In this document: one piece after another, positions 39,342 to 53,400 of the stretch
How the letters are laid out: every line of letters starts with the position of its first letter
How positions within the stretch are numbered: the first letter of the stretch is position 1
Assembly: GCA_046563655.1 (NCBI GenBank)
Contig: CM102285.1
Coordinates: 14,756,001 to 14,820,000, forward strand
Source of the DNA: Yuukianura sp. NJ FZ-2021
Lineage: Eukaryota
DNA: 64,000 nt
Direction: 5' to 3'
Notes under the pieces: generated by a model
Database searches by the model: none
What the model was told of the DNA's origin: nothing
What the model saw: the letters and a program-made list of their open reading frames with translations, nothing else
Made by a program: the position numbers and the translations under genes

Positions 39342-42300
39342 TTATTTGTTGTGTTTTGAAGTTAGTGCCAAAGATTGTAAAAATTGAGCTTCGAGTGGAA
39401 GTGTTGGATGGGCATTGGAAAGCCGAAAGACATTGAACGGCGACTCGGAAGATTCCAGCGGGTTTCGGGCATCTTCGGAATTCCGATCCAAATCAACAAT
39501 CGGCACCGGAATTGTTACTCCGGTTTTGTTTCGGTTCGGAACGATTCGACTTCGGTTCGGAACTATTCGTGGAGCAAGTGTTGTATTTTGAACAGCTTCC
39601 CAGAAAAGATGAAACTCTGTTTGCGGAGTGACTGAATCTCCGACTCCCTCCGAAGCGATTTCTACAATGTCACGGTAGTTAGGTGTCGTCATGGAAACAG
39701 CATCCGGGTTACCGTTGTCATGGTGACCACTGACTGCATTTCGACTTGTGTCCAGCCGAACTTCTCTCTTGCTTTGAACTGGATCTGAATTGGACGCTTG
39801 GGGTTCCTCAATGTCAGAATCGTACTCTTCCTCGTCACTCTGCCGAGAGGGTGGCGGGAGCTGCCGACTGTTGAACAGTTTCCGACGACGCTGCTGCAGC
39901 GCTTTTAAGCGATCAGACGCTGATCCTGGTGGAATCTTCCGTGCTGGTTTTCTATTTTGAATTACGTCTTTGGGCGAAAGTGTTGGTAGAGAGCTGTGAA
40001 CTTCTCGCACAATCAGCGGTTGAACAGCATTTTGCTGAGCAGCGATTGGCTGAACAGCGATTGGAACAGCGCTGGAAGCGATTGGCGTGTCTGGAGTGGT
40101 TTTGGCCTTTCTGACCTTCACAAGCGGACGGTTTTTGGCCATGAACGGTGGAATTGGTGGGAGAGAAAACTGGGGTGTTTGTGGTGGGGCTGAAACGGGT
40201 GGAGTTGGCTCCACCTCCTTGTAGCGACTGCTGAATTTGGGGGTGGGGTGGGTGGGTTTGGGAGTAGTTTGGTGGGTTTTGATGTTGGTGATGATGGGAT
40301 CTTGGAATGTTGCCGCTGGTTTGAGTTGACGCATAAACTTTGGTCTTAGGCGGTGGGCAGGGTGGGTGGAGGGGGTGGATTCTGAAGCGGGTGGGGGTGT
40401 AGGGGGCGGAGTGGGTGGGGAAACTCTGATTCGTTTGAGTGCCCGTCCCTTGAGTGGATTTGGTTTGGGGGTGGGTGGAAGTTGGATTTGTTGAGAGGGA
40501 GCAACAGTGTCTCGAGGTGGGGGTGGGTGAGTGAAGAGGGTGGGAGTGGGTGGGTTTTTGACTTGGAGAAACGATTGTGGAGTTGGGTGGGCCCTGAGTT
40601 TCGCAACTGCTTCAACTCTTGGAAATTGTTCTGGAGCCACCCTGGTGGGTTCTTCTGTGGCTCTTTGGATTTGCTGGAGTGGCTTTTCTTTTGCCGATCT
40701 CTGGCGTGTCATTTGATCCAGCCGAATTCTTGTTCGGCTTTTTGGAACTTCCACGTCGGAGGTTGGAGAAGCTAGTAAAGAAAAAAAAATGAAAAAAAAA
40801 AGTTCGACATTTTGATTTTTATAGTTGTTTTTTTTTTAAATTTTGAAAACCGAACTCACGCTGGATGATGATTGGCAGCCGGGCGGGTTCTGTCGGTTGA
40901 AAATTTTCGTATAGTTGCTCAGCATGGAATTCCTGTCGTTGTGTTTGCTGTTCCTGTAGCCTTTGTTGTTGCTGTATCCTTTCCTGTTCCTGTTGTCTTT
41001 GTTGCTCTTCTTGTCGTTCTTGTTCCTGTTGCCTTTGTAAATCCTGTTGTCTTTGCTGTTCCTGTTGTTTTTTTAATTCCTGTTGTCTTTGTAAATCCTG
41101 TTGCCTTTGTAAATCCTGTTGTCTTTGCTGTTCCTGTTGTTTTTTTAATTCCTGTTGTCTTTGTAAATCCTGTTGCCTTTGTAAATCCTGCTGTCTTTGT
41201 AATTCTTGTTGTCTCTGTAAATCCTGTTGTCTTTGTAAATCCTGCTGTCTTTGTAATTCTTGTTGTCTCTGTAAATCCTGTTGTCTTTGTAAATCCTGCT
41301 GCCTTTGTTGTTGTTCCTGTTGTCTTTGTCTAGAAAGATGTGATACTTGGAGTGTTTGACGTGTGGGTGAGGTGGGGATGGGTAGAGGTATTAATGGGGG
41401 TAGTCCATTTCCGTAAGTGTGATGCTGCGGAAGTATCACATAACCAGCATACAACCCCCCTTCCTTCGCCAGCATTTTTCCAGTAACATACAAAGGTTTA
41501 CCCCCAGGGGGACGCTGACCTTGACCTTTGTGCTGAACAGCTTGTTTCCTTCCGCGTTGATTTGTTTCTCGACTGGGAAGAGGAACAAACTGAGGAATTG
41601 ACGGTGGTTGTGCAGAAGTCGGCACGAAATGTTGCACTCTGAATCGCTGATTTGGAATTCGGGGGGCAGGGGGTCTCGTTCGTGTTTTGACTTGGAGAGA
41701 AGGCGTTTCCTCATAAACTTGTTGCAAATCAACTGGTGGATCTGGAACGACACCTTCCTGTTGTTCCTCCACTTCCGGTTCACGTTTTTCATTTCCGTTT
41801 CGAAATGTGAGCTGTTGATTTTGGAAATTGTTAACTTTGTTTCTAGTTCTTGGTTGACCTCGATGACCTCGCGTTCGAATGTCGGCATTTTCGTTAGTAG
41901 TTCTTCCTCTGCTGTTTTGTGAGTTGAACCGATTTTGCCGATCATCGACATTTTGTGTGTTGAACTGATTTTGCCGATGATTGGTGATTTGTGAGTTGAA
42001 CTGATTTTGCCGATCGTCGTGCTGTTCATCTTCGAGTGAATTGTGATTCTGGACATGATGGGTAATGTGTTGGTAGTTGTCTACAATTGGTTCTGTTGTT
42101 GTTGTTGTTGTTCCTGTTGTTGTTGTGCGTAATCTTGGACGACTCATGCGCCGTTGAGGCTGTGGAGAGGGCGTGGTTGTTGTTGTTGTTGTTTGTGAGC
42201 GGCCTTCAAATGGCGGAAATCTGGAGCGTCCTCTGGCTCGAATTGTGGCTCTTGTTGGTTCTGTTGTTGTTGTTGTTGTTGTACGACGTGTTGTTGTGAC

Positions 42301-45300
42301 CGCTTCAAAGTTCCTTTGTTCATTAAATTTCCTGTTGTTCGTAATTTCCCGCCCTTCCGCTTCTGTATCCGAAGTATCTGAGGTTTCGTCATACCCCAAA
42401 AATGTTTCCACTTGCTGCGGCTGTGCAGTTGCGTATACATTGGGATTGGGTTCATAATTATCCTGTTGGAGCTGTTCTGTTGGAATGCGTTTTCTTTCCT
42501 GTTGGTGTCTTATTTCCTGTTGGTCTAGAAAGCTTTGGTGTCGTATTTCCTGTTGGCCTGGACGATTGTTTTTGTGTTTTATTTTCTGTTGGCTCGGAAT
42601 ATTTTCGTGTCGTATTTCCTGTTGGTTTATCTCCTGTTGTTCTGGAAGATTTTGTTGTTTTACTTCCTGTTGGTTTTGAAAACGTTGTTTTATTTCCTGT
42701 TGTTGTGGAAAATTTTGCTGGAGTATTTCCTGTTGGTTCTGAAAACGTTGTTTCATTTCCTGTTCTGGAAAATTTTGTTGTAGTATTTCCTGTTGGTTCT
42801 GAAAATGCTGTTTTATTTTCTTTTGCTTTGGAACATTTTCCTGTTTTATTTCCTGTTGGCTCTGAAACTGTTGTTGTATTTCCTGTTGGTCTGGAACAGG
42901 CTGGAAGCTGTAGGGCTGTTCAAACAGTTGATGCTGTTCATCTTCCTTCTGCTTCGCTGAATTTCCAGCTTGCTTCAATTCAGCGTCGAGGTCAAATGCT
43001 GGCTCGACCGTGAATTCATACTGTTCCTGTGGCTTCGGAATTCTGAGTTTGGCTGGGACCGTGTTCGGTCTCTCCGGCGGAGGTTTGCGTTCCGAACTGG
43101 GGATGATTTCTACATTGGGGCCAGAGGTCAAGGTCAAATGTCTGCTGGGGATGAAGGTCTGTTGGTCTTGTGTGTCGACATAGCCATTGAACGGAACGTT
43201 GTTGTTCGGTTGAGCACCAGAGTTCGGCACTGGATCTTCATCAAAGAATTCATACTCGGTTTGTACCGTCTGCGGAGCAAGTGTTGATGGTAGGATTTTG
43301 TCTTCGGCTGGATTCGGCTTTGTTCGGGGATTTTCGTTTTCCCGAAAAGGAGTTTTCGTCACTTCGACTTCGTAATCGGGGTCATCGTAAACATAGATGT
43401 AAGGTCGTTGTTCTTGGAGTTCATGCGATGACGACGAGGGGGGTGACTTCAACCCTGGGGGGTCAAACGGCTTGAAACTGTCTTCGGTCGTTGATTGGCC
43501 AAGGTCAGGCTGCGACGGCTTGAAATTGGTCGGAGTTGGACGTGGAAGGGCCAAGCGACTTCCAGAGTTAACCTTCGGCTGACCAAAATCGCTGATTTCT
43601 TGATGTCTGTCATCTTCTAGAAAATAGTTTTGGAAAAATGAGGGAAAGACGAGCGGACTCTGGCCAAGTGCTTGTGGATTCTGATTGGCTCCAAAATGCT
43701 GGCCAATCGCCTGAGGCAGATTTTGGTTGGATCCGAAATGCTGAGCATTTTGAGCCAACGGTGTGTGAAAACCGCGAATGTCGTACAGAGTTTGCGCCGC
43801 AGAGGTCAGGTCACCTCGGGTGACATGGCCAAACGACTTGGGCTGTCCCGAATTTCGGTTTTTTCTGACTTGAAAAGGAAGTGTCATCAAATGACGAGTC
43901 GTCGGAAGTGAAAAAACTCTTTTCTGAGCAGCGCCTGCGCCGTTTCCTTCCGCCCAAGATGATCCAATGACCAGAAACCACCATATTCCTGAAAAATTTT
44001 AAGAAATTTTGTCAAAATACGGATTTTTTGTTGGAAATGTCGATTGGAATTTATTTTAAGAGTGTCAAATTTTGAAATTTTTGTTAAAAGTGTCAAATTT
44101 TGTAATTTTTGGAGTGAATGGGTTATCTTAATGCTGAGATTGATTGGATAGAAAAGAAAGTGACATGCGTCAAGGGCCGTGGGCAATCGTCAAGTCAAGC
44201 TTGAGTGACCAAAGAGCCAGAGACGCAGTTTTTAACAGAAAAAGAGCGTGAGTGGAAAGCGTATGCGCAGAGGAACTCGTGAATTCGTTTACTTTTGGAC
44301 AAAGTGACAAAAGTGACAGTTTCGCCTTTTCTAATTAACGAACCAGAGATAATTGACACGAAAAGTAAGACCTCAGCACCCTGGTTTGTCTCATTGTCAG
44401 AAAAAATGGGAAATGAGACTGACTTTACCATTATGGGGGAGACTTTTTTGAAAAAATTCACGGCAAAATGAGCCTTTTTTCAAAACTCACGGCAAAATGA
44501 GCCTTTTTTCAAAATCCACGGCAAAATGAGCATTTTTCCAAAATTCATGGCAAAATGAGCCTTTTTGCAAAAATGGCATCTTCATCGCGTCTGTTTTTGA
44601 AACCGGACTTTTGTTTACGGAAACATCGTTACCGTAAATTTTCTAATAGAGTCTAAGTCTAAGTCTAAATGGGCAAAATATTGATATTAGTAATAGTGTT
44701 CTTCCCTTCAAATGATTTGTATGCCAGGGGTATTATTTGGATGTTTGTGGTATTGGACTTGCTTTGAGTATTGTTGGTTTTTGGTGAATGTGCGAGAAAG
44801 ATGGTTTCAATTTCTTTTGGTCTTCATCTTCCTTTTGATGGTTTTGGCAGTAGTAATTGATCTCTGCTCATTGAGCAGTGAAACTGTGCTAAAAAGAGGA
44901 GTTTTTAGCAAATTCACGGTCTCGTAACGCTACTGGTGTCCAACTAACCCAGATGCACAGAAGGAATTCACTCAAATTGACACGACTCATCGCATTTTGC
45001 CAAATTTTTCATATGATCTGTCAACTTTTGTCAAATGCGGAAACGATTCCATTTTTGTCACGCCTGCAGTGGTTGGAATTTATGCGTGCTAGTAACATTA
45101 CCAAAACCCACTGTGGCCTGTTAGCATTTGAACTTGAACTTTTAAATATTTCATGGTCATAAGGAGACAGACGCTATTTTTGAACTGGAATTTCCAAATG
45201 GCGGCAAAATCAAACATGGCATCTGCGCCCTTCTACCTGTGAAGATGCTAATTAACAGTCTCCGCCTAGTGTTCTAATTTAGCCATGAGAACTTTTCACC

Positions 45301-46759
45301 CTTGGCTCATTTTTAATAACATTAGCAAAACTTGGTTCTAATTACTAATGCTAAAATTCAAATTGGACGCAGTAGCAATTTTTAAAAAGTTTCTATTTGT
45401 AGAACACACATCGTAACTCGATTCTCGATTCAGTGAACCTTAGAACTGTACTGCCAACAATTCCTATTTTTTTTAAATTTTAGTAGGATATATTTGAAAT
45501 AGTATCACTATCAATTTTTTAACAGTATTCGTTTCCGGTATGACTTAGGTTGCTTTAAAAAGTTAACACAATATAATTAAAAAACACTGCGCTACTCAAT
45601 GACTAATTTTGATTAACTTTTGACAGAAATAAAAGTTATATTTTGGTGCTGAAGAGAATTGGCTGCATTGATAAACGGGGCCTAGACTGTCTACTCTTGT
45701 TACGCTTTTCCTTTGTTTACATCTTTGCCGGGCAGGGCAGGAGCAATGAAACAAACTCCTTTGTTGTTTGTTAATTCGTTCGTACATATTCCTTCGTTAA
45801 TTGGGTGTTAATTTCTGGATCAATTCAGTTGAACTCATCTACATCCGGTAACTACGCATTAAACATCGACCGATTCTCTATCATTGGGTCGAATCTTCGC
45901 TCAAATCGATCTTCCAGGTAACCAGTCAAGTGAGTAACTTCGTCTTAGCTTAGGATTGAATATGGACAAGATGGCGGACGGCGGAAATGGGCCAGGACAG
46001 AGACAAAGAGGGAGACTGAAGTCCGCCCAATGGATACTTGACCTGAACGTTAAGCATTTAACAATTCTTGTCACTGTATTGGTCCATTGCCACCGTTCAA
46101 TACGTTAAGCGTGTTAAACTAGAGCAACTACCGCACCCTTCAGTAATTCAATTTCATGGTGACATCAATTAAAAGAAAGGTGGCTGGGTGTGGCCAAGAG
46201 TAGTCAATATTCAGATAAGGATCTTGTCGTTTCATAATCGCTCTACTTGAGATCCAACTTTCTGCAACTGTTACACCCCCGGCCAATGCCCAACCAAGGC
46301 CAACTTTGGTTTAATTACTTCCATACCAACAACCATTAAATGCATGCGCTTTATGTCTACTCGAACAATTGCTCCAAATCCACTGCCAAATTAGTAGTTT
46401 CCTACAACTTAAGTTACAACTATTAACGATTAAGTTGTAACTTAAGGTGGCTTAATTGGTAGTCAGACACCTTGTCTTCCTTGAAACTGAATTAGTTCCT
46501 CAGGAAGGGGAACTTGTCTGTCTGCCAGTGCCAAGTGAGCCCTTAAAGGGAACTGACAGCCCAACTATGTCACTCATTCTTGTCATTGACAACTTAACTT
46601 GTCAAGTGGAATGTCCAAATTAAACTAATTCTTAACTGGTTTTGCTATGCTAGGTGAAGGTTACGCTGTCACCGGCCGGACGCGAACGACAAAAAAACGA
46701 CAAAGCTTACCATTGAGCACGAGGAACGACGTCGGTCGACGGAAGCCGGGTATTTTCAT
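39342..46759 (-). CDS. Large secreted low-complexity Gln/Pro/Thr-rich protein, ~1535 aa; exons 46759-46711, 43988-40860, 40771-39342
   Basis: Phase-compatible GT-AG introns build the signal peptide MKIPGFRRPTSFLVLNGIWWFLVIGSSWA. Total CDS is 4608 nt. It contains QRQQDL repeats and poly-Thr tracts. Confidence 0.8.
44455..44572. repeat. 29-bp tandem repeat, 4 copies (intronic)
   Basis: CACGGCAAAATGAGCCTTTTTTCAAAA repeated. Confidence 0.9.
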
Positions 46760-48958
46760 CTTTTGAGCGCAACTTTCACCGGAAACTTACAAAAACAAAG
46801 TTGGAGCTATCATTGCTCAAGGCATTCCGTGTGCCATTGGTTTACACAAGGCTAAAAACTCTCTTCATTTTGAGATTTAAAACTCTGACTTTACGTTGAC
46901 TGCGAGGCGACTGTGACCAGAACGAAATGGCAAGCGATGTTTAATTGATGGAAACTTTTTCACACTTTTTCTCTGTATTTTTAATATCGTTGGGAATTGC
47001 GGAGGAGAGAGTGCTCTGTTTGGGATTGGTGCTGAGTTGAGACTAAGGCTAATAATACGCTACGATTACAATAAATCAAGAGTCCCTTGGGAACATTTCT
47101 CAAAGGACCACAGCCTCACTCTCGCTTTAAACAATGCAGACCACCCCCTGCCCTTTTCCAAACGCTTTTGTTTTACTGCTCGACTTTACGACAGCTCAAC
47201 TTGCACAACCAACTCCAAATAACACTCCGGAATTGCGTCAATATCAACATAACTTATGCTTATTTTTGGAAAAATTTCGTAACAAAGTAAAAATGTTTAT
47301 TTGGCTGCAGATATCGGACGACAATCGCTCAAAACCGGATGAATACGGGATATTGACGTACTTTGACCGACGGTTGACGCGCTTTGACGTTTGGCGTAAA
47401 CGGACGGTTTCCTTGCTTTGGCGGTTGACGCACTTTTGACTTTACACAGATACCGGGCAACAATCAACCGAAACCGGCATATTGACGTACTTTGACGTTT
47501 TACGTTTACGGTATCACGTATGACGGTTGACGTTAAAGCCCGAAGTAGCGTCAGCGTCAACTTAAAAAGAAATTAGGAAATGGACCGACTTCCATCTTTT
47601 CCTTTTCCGTTTGAGTGACTTTAATTGACACAGATTTCATTTGGAAATGTGAACAATCTGCCACGCCTGTGTAAAAATCCACTCCAACTCAATTGCGAAT
47701 TAATTGAGTTAGTTCTCGTGTGCTCACTTCCAATTACTTGCACTTTTCTTGTCTCCCAACATGAAGATGAGTCCAACTGTCATCGTCATCTTGAGAATAA
47801 GAGCACAACTTCATCTTCAAATTCCTAAACTGTGCATTTCGGTTTATTCCTCCAAGTATTTGTGTTAACAAAAACCATGTTATGAATGATAACTTGGTCT
47901 TTGTTAAAAATCATAAGTTATGATTTGATCTTGACTATTTAGTCTGGTTACTGTTTGTATCAGATTAGTTTTGAGTTGGACATGAGCCTTCAGATGTCAA
48001 AGGGCAATCGAAGGAGAGATCAAAAGTCTCACCACTTTGGTTCTAATGACTCTCTCAAGTTGGATGCTGGGTGAAGGGAACCCCGAGGGTGGGAAAAACC
48101 ATACTCTTTTTCAGAGACATCCACCAGATAACCATCCCATGTCATTGTACTTGTGCTTAAAACCGTTTCTTTTCAGAAAAACGAAACGAAAAGTAATACT
48201 GTGTTTCGTTTCGTTTTTACAACGCTTTATAAGAGCAGACGGCATGGCAGAAAACGATCTCTGGTTTTAAAAAAAAACGGTTTCATCATTCCGGTTCGGA
48301 TTCGTTCCTGGTTTGCAATTGTGCGTACCGTTCCGCCGACATTCTAGAAAAGACATTGATTTTGTGTCAAAAATTGAAACGAATAACAAAAAAGGCGGCA
48401 ATCCTTGTGCGTCAGTCGGCAAATGCTGTGAACATTTCCATTGAGGGGGAGGGACCCTTGATGCGGTAGTGTGAGGGTCCTTGAAGCAAATATGGCAATT
48501 AAGATCTCTCACAATCATAATTAAAGATGTAACTTAATAATTATTATGTAACTTTAATAATTATGTAACCTAACCTAATTGTTTTAACTAGAATGTTCTC
48601 CCAGCCATCAGCGATTGGAGTCCCATTGGACAATTTCCTTTTATCCGAAACCGGCACAATTACTTTTTTTTTCATTTTTTACGTTTTTTACGTTATTTTT
48701 TTAAATCGGAGGTCCTAAGGATTGCGCAGTTCCAAAAATAGTGAGACATGAGTGGAGTCTTTTTTTTTTGCGTGTGTTAAGCACTTGTTGCAAATTTGGT
48801 CTACGTCAAGTGACCTTGGGCGGCGTCTTCTATCTATAAGTGCTAAACACACCATTATTCCACTGATTGTGAATCCGCTCACTTTGTGTTAAACTTTTCC
48901 AGGCATTTCCACTCATTCTTACAGAAGGAAGAGTCAAAAGCAGCATCAGTACTTCAAA

Positions 48959-50268
48959 ATGGCACCAGTCATCCTCGCTTACTGGAACATCCGCGGTGTA
49001 AGTTTCATGCTAAAAAATATAAAGAAAAAATTTCTTTGTTCAAAAAATCAATAGAAATAGTAAAAATTCTGTTTTTGAAATCGATTTTAGTTGGCTCAAC
49101 CGATTCGGCTTTTGCTGGAGTACACTGGAACGGAATGGGAGGACAAATTGTATGCAGCTGAAACAACCCCACCCTACAGCAAGGAATGCTGGTTCAAGGA
49201 AAAGTACTCTCTCGGACTGGATTTTCCAAATGTAAGTATTCATAAAATTTCAAAAAAGTTTCGAAATTTTATTTTTCGAATTTTCAAATTGAAAGATAGA
49301 TTTTGAATAGCTTCCGTACTACATCGAGGGAGACATGCGAATCAGTCAGAGCAAGGCCATTCTGCACCACATTGCTCGTGTGACCAACATGGTTCCAGAA
49401 ACTGAGGAAACCAAGGTTCGAGTTGACATGGTGGAAGGAGAGATTGGGGACTTGTACACCTCTTGGCTTTACCTGTGCTATGGACAGAATTTCGTAAGTT
49501 ACTCAAAAACTTTAATTAACCTCAACATCAACAAGGATTCCAAAATGTGAATTTGATGTATAGGATTCCGCCAAGGAAGGTTTTCTGGCTGCTCTTCCGA
49601 AGAAACTCGAAGAGTTTTCAAAGTTTTTTGGAAACGGAACTTGGTTGGCTGGAGACAAGGTAAGTATGTACTTCATGAGGGGAAATCCGTTCCAAAGCTA
49701 CAATATTTTGAATTTCCCGCCTTTTAATTAGTATCACACTTATTATTTAAAACGTTGAATTTCCCGAGTTTTGAACTATTTGAATTTTCGGCGTTTCAAA
49801 CTTATCTGAATTTCCCACAATTCAAACTTACTTGTTACTACAAACAAAATTTCACGTGTTCCATACTATTTGAATATCCCTGTTATTTGAATTTTACACG
49901 ATTGAAACATTCTCTCAAACTGCCTCAGCATTTTGACATTCGAATTTCAAGAAATTCAGAGCGGGAAATTCAAAATAATTTTGTGACGGATATTCCCCCA
50001 TGGCATTCCCGTAATCCTTTGTTCCCTCGTCACTTTAATTTTGATTTTGTGTGTTTAGTTGACGTACATTGACTTTGTGTTCTACGAAGTACTGGATGAA
50101 ATCCTGACGCTGGAGCCAAACGCTTTGAAGCCGTTCGCCAACTTGGCCAACTTCCACGCTCGGTTTGAGAAGCTGGAGAGAATTGCAGCATTCCGTGCTT
50201 CCGATCGCTTCATCAGCTTCCCCCTCAACAACCCACACGCCAAGTTCGGAGGTGCTGGAAAACCTTGA
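48959..50268 (+). CDS. GSTM: Glutathione S-transferase, Mu class (6 exons)
   Basis: LAYWNIRGLAQPIRLLLEYTG, WFKEKYSLGLDFPNLPYYI, ISQSKAILHHIAR, WLAGDKLTYIDFVFYEVLD and RFEKLERI. Confidence 0.95.
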
Positions 50269-50499
50269 AGGAAAGCAGCATAAGTCTCAGCTTCCAGGAA
50301 ATAGTGGATTCATGTTCCAAATCTGAGAGTTTGAAACAAAAGATTAAAGTGAAGACCAAGTTGACGTGAGAAGTGGCGATAAGATGCTCTGTTGGTTCTC
50401 CGCTTAGATGCCGAGAGGCTAATGGTTACGGTTAGGTTACGGTTGATGGTCTAATCGATCCAAGTTCTGGACTCGCTTTCTCCCTTTTGTTCATTTTTC

Positions 50500-53400
50500 A
50501 TGAAGTTGGTCCATGGGAATGATCGGAGGAGAGGGGAGAAGATTGGTCCTTGGAATTCCTCTTTCTTCGGTCGGGAGAAGAAGATGAGCATAGCCACTAC
50601 TCTGCGCCTAGTCAAACACAGTCGGGTGCGTCCCACTTTAGCACAGGCCACTTCTCTTTTCATTCACAGATCACAATTCAATTGACACTTGAGCTAAGTT
50701 GTCACTTCAGCGGTGGTCCACTGACACTATGCTTGGAATTCGGGTGGTGCTGCTGGACGAGACAATCACGATTATCCAGGCTCAGGTAACGACAAACAAA
50801 CGATTTCCAGTGAATGTCAACTGGAGTTACGTATACTTTGACGTTTACGTTAAGATTACGTTTATGTTACGTTTACGTTGTGATTGTTAGTAAATTAAGT
50901 TAAAAGTGATCAGGTGACGAGTGACCAATTTTTGGAATCAGATGTTGATATTTGTGTTTTGTTTTGAACAGAGACAGGCACTGGGCCGGATAGTTTTCAA
51001 CGAAATTATCAAGCAACTGAACGTTCTGGAGAGCGACTACTTTGGTCTGGAATACACCGACAGTACGTCGGGCACGTCATACTGGCTGGACTTGGACAAG
51101 AAACTATGTCGCCAAGTGGGTTTCAACCTCAACGAACCAGTTTTAAAGTTCTGTGTCAAGTTCTACTCACCGGATCCAAGTCTTCTTGAAGAGGAGTTCA
51201 CTCGATACCTCTTCAGTCTACAGATCAAACAGGATCTTATCCATGGAGACTTGATTTGCAATGACAACACTGCAGCACTCCTCATCAGCTACCTAATTCA
51301 AGGTATAACTTGAATACTTCCAAGCATTCCAGTACTCCAAGTACATTTTATACTTTGTTTGTTTTGTTGTAGCGGAGTGTGGTGACTGGAATGAAGACGA
51401 CTACCCTGACCCGAGCTACTTGAGAGCCTTCAAGTTTGTGGCCAATCAAGACAGCGAAATGGAAGAGCGGATAAGGGACAACCACAAGCGACATTTGGGC
51501 CAGAGCCCTTCGGATGCTGATCTTCATCTTCTGGAAACAGCAAGGAGAACAGAGTTCTACGGACTCAAGTTCCAGCATGTCAAGGTCACTTACGCCCAAC
51601 ATTACTAACTTAACTTTACTACTTACTACTTATTGAAGTGCTATTTTTATAGTATACTGACTTTACTTTATACATTTTTTTTTGGTTTTAGGATGAAAGT
51701 GGAATTTTGCCAAATCTGAGAATTACACCCTCCTGTAACGGAATTCTCGTGTACCAAAACAACATCAAGCTCAGCCACTACAGTTGGAGCAAAATCAGGA
51801 AATTGTCATTCAAAAGAAAAAAGTTCCTCATCAAACTCTACAAGGATTTCGTAAGTTTTTAAATTTTTAGTTTCGAAAAAGAAAAACCAATCTTCACAAA
51901 TCTGAAAAGTTGAGAATTCAGTAGAGTTTGACAGAATTCCAGAAATCTGTCTTACAGAAAACTGTAAAAGTTCAGAAATCTGAGAATTTCTGAACTTCTT
52001 CAGCAAATCTCATTTTAGAACTTTTCAGCAAATCCGAGAATTTGAACAGTTGGATTTCTCGGGGAAAAGTTGTTTTTATCACTTTTTTTTTGTTTTTAGT
52101 ATGGTCCAGAATGCAGCACAAGTCAAACGACGGAGAGCATCATCGAGTACATTTTCCCCGATCGTAACTCCTGTAAATCCTTCTGGAAAAAATGTATCGA
52201 GATCTACAGTTTTTTCAAACTGAATGTAAACGAGGACAAGGTGAAGAGTCGGAGCAAGAGTTTGCTCAGTGCTCGGGGAAGTTCATTTCGCTACACAGGC
52301 AGAACACAGAAGGAAATGATCAACTTCCTGCGTGATAACTTCATGAAACGGAGCAACGGAGCTGTCAAGAGAACCGAAATGGACAAGGCGTTTGGCAGGT
52401 AAGTTCCTGGCGGGCGATCGATTCCTACCTCAGTTACTTTTTTTTACAACCTTTGTTTTATTTAGAAGTCATGTATGTTTAATTTATTCAGATCCTCATC
52501 TGTACGCTCTGCCAGCGTCTCTCACCATCACTTTGAAGAAAATTCAGTCGGAACTGCTCACCATTCCCACTCTAACGTCTCCACCAGCTACTCCTCTCCT
52601 GGCAACATTCAGAAGAGCTCTACGACTCGGAACGACTCGGATTCGGCTGAAGATGAAGAAGAAGACGAAACTTTGTCTCCCTCAGGAACGCTGTCGCCAG
52701 CACCGTTGTCGCCTGACCACGAAGGTGCGCCGCAGGAACTGCCAGGTCAGCAGCTCATACTGTCTCAGTCAATCAAAGAGTTCCCAGTGACGAGCTGGAA
52801 GGTGACACGAACAAGCAGTTGTCATGGGAACAGGCGAAAGTCCACTGTGTCCTCTACCGATGAGGACGAGATGGAACAGAGCAAGGACTTTCGGAATGAG
52901 TCCTCCACTAGTTGCTTAGGCAGTTACGATCTCCTTGACAAAAGTAGTGCATCTATTGACACTATTCCGTATCTGCTCAGGCGCAGGATTAACTTAGAGC
53001 AGGGGACAGGGGGACACGAAACGATTTTCAAGTGCAAATCGTATGACGGACGTCGGTTGAGCAAAAAGAATGTAAAACGTTTTCGGTCCGTTCAGAATTG
53101 TAATATTTGGTGGTCATATAAGGATGACACGGTGGATGATAAGATGTATGTGGACGCAGGGGGGCTGGGTGCTTGTGAGGTGGACGGTGGGACAGAGGCT
53201 GATAAAGAGTGTGCAATTAGTTCAGAGGATGAGCGGGAGTATGAGCCGGTGGGGCAAGGAGTCCCACCGGAGATCCCACCGGCAGCCGATGGGCTTATTA
53301 GGAGAATGAGTTGTGAGGTAGGGGGCGTGGTTTTTGAGAGGGGCGGAGCCGAGATAGGGGGCGTGGTGTTTGAGAGGGGTGGAGCCTATGACGAAACTCG

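Noticed and set aside
40872..43013. Hydrophobic Val-rich + strand ORFs (153 aa, 203 aa) resembling membrane proteins
   Set aside because: They are antisense translations of the CAA/CAG Gln repeats of the minus-strand gene.
47313..47560. CpG-rich region with a repeated TATTGACGTACTTTGAC motif
   Set aside because: Only two clear copies, with no definable boundaries or coding signal; insufficient to call.
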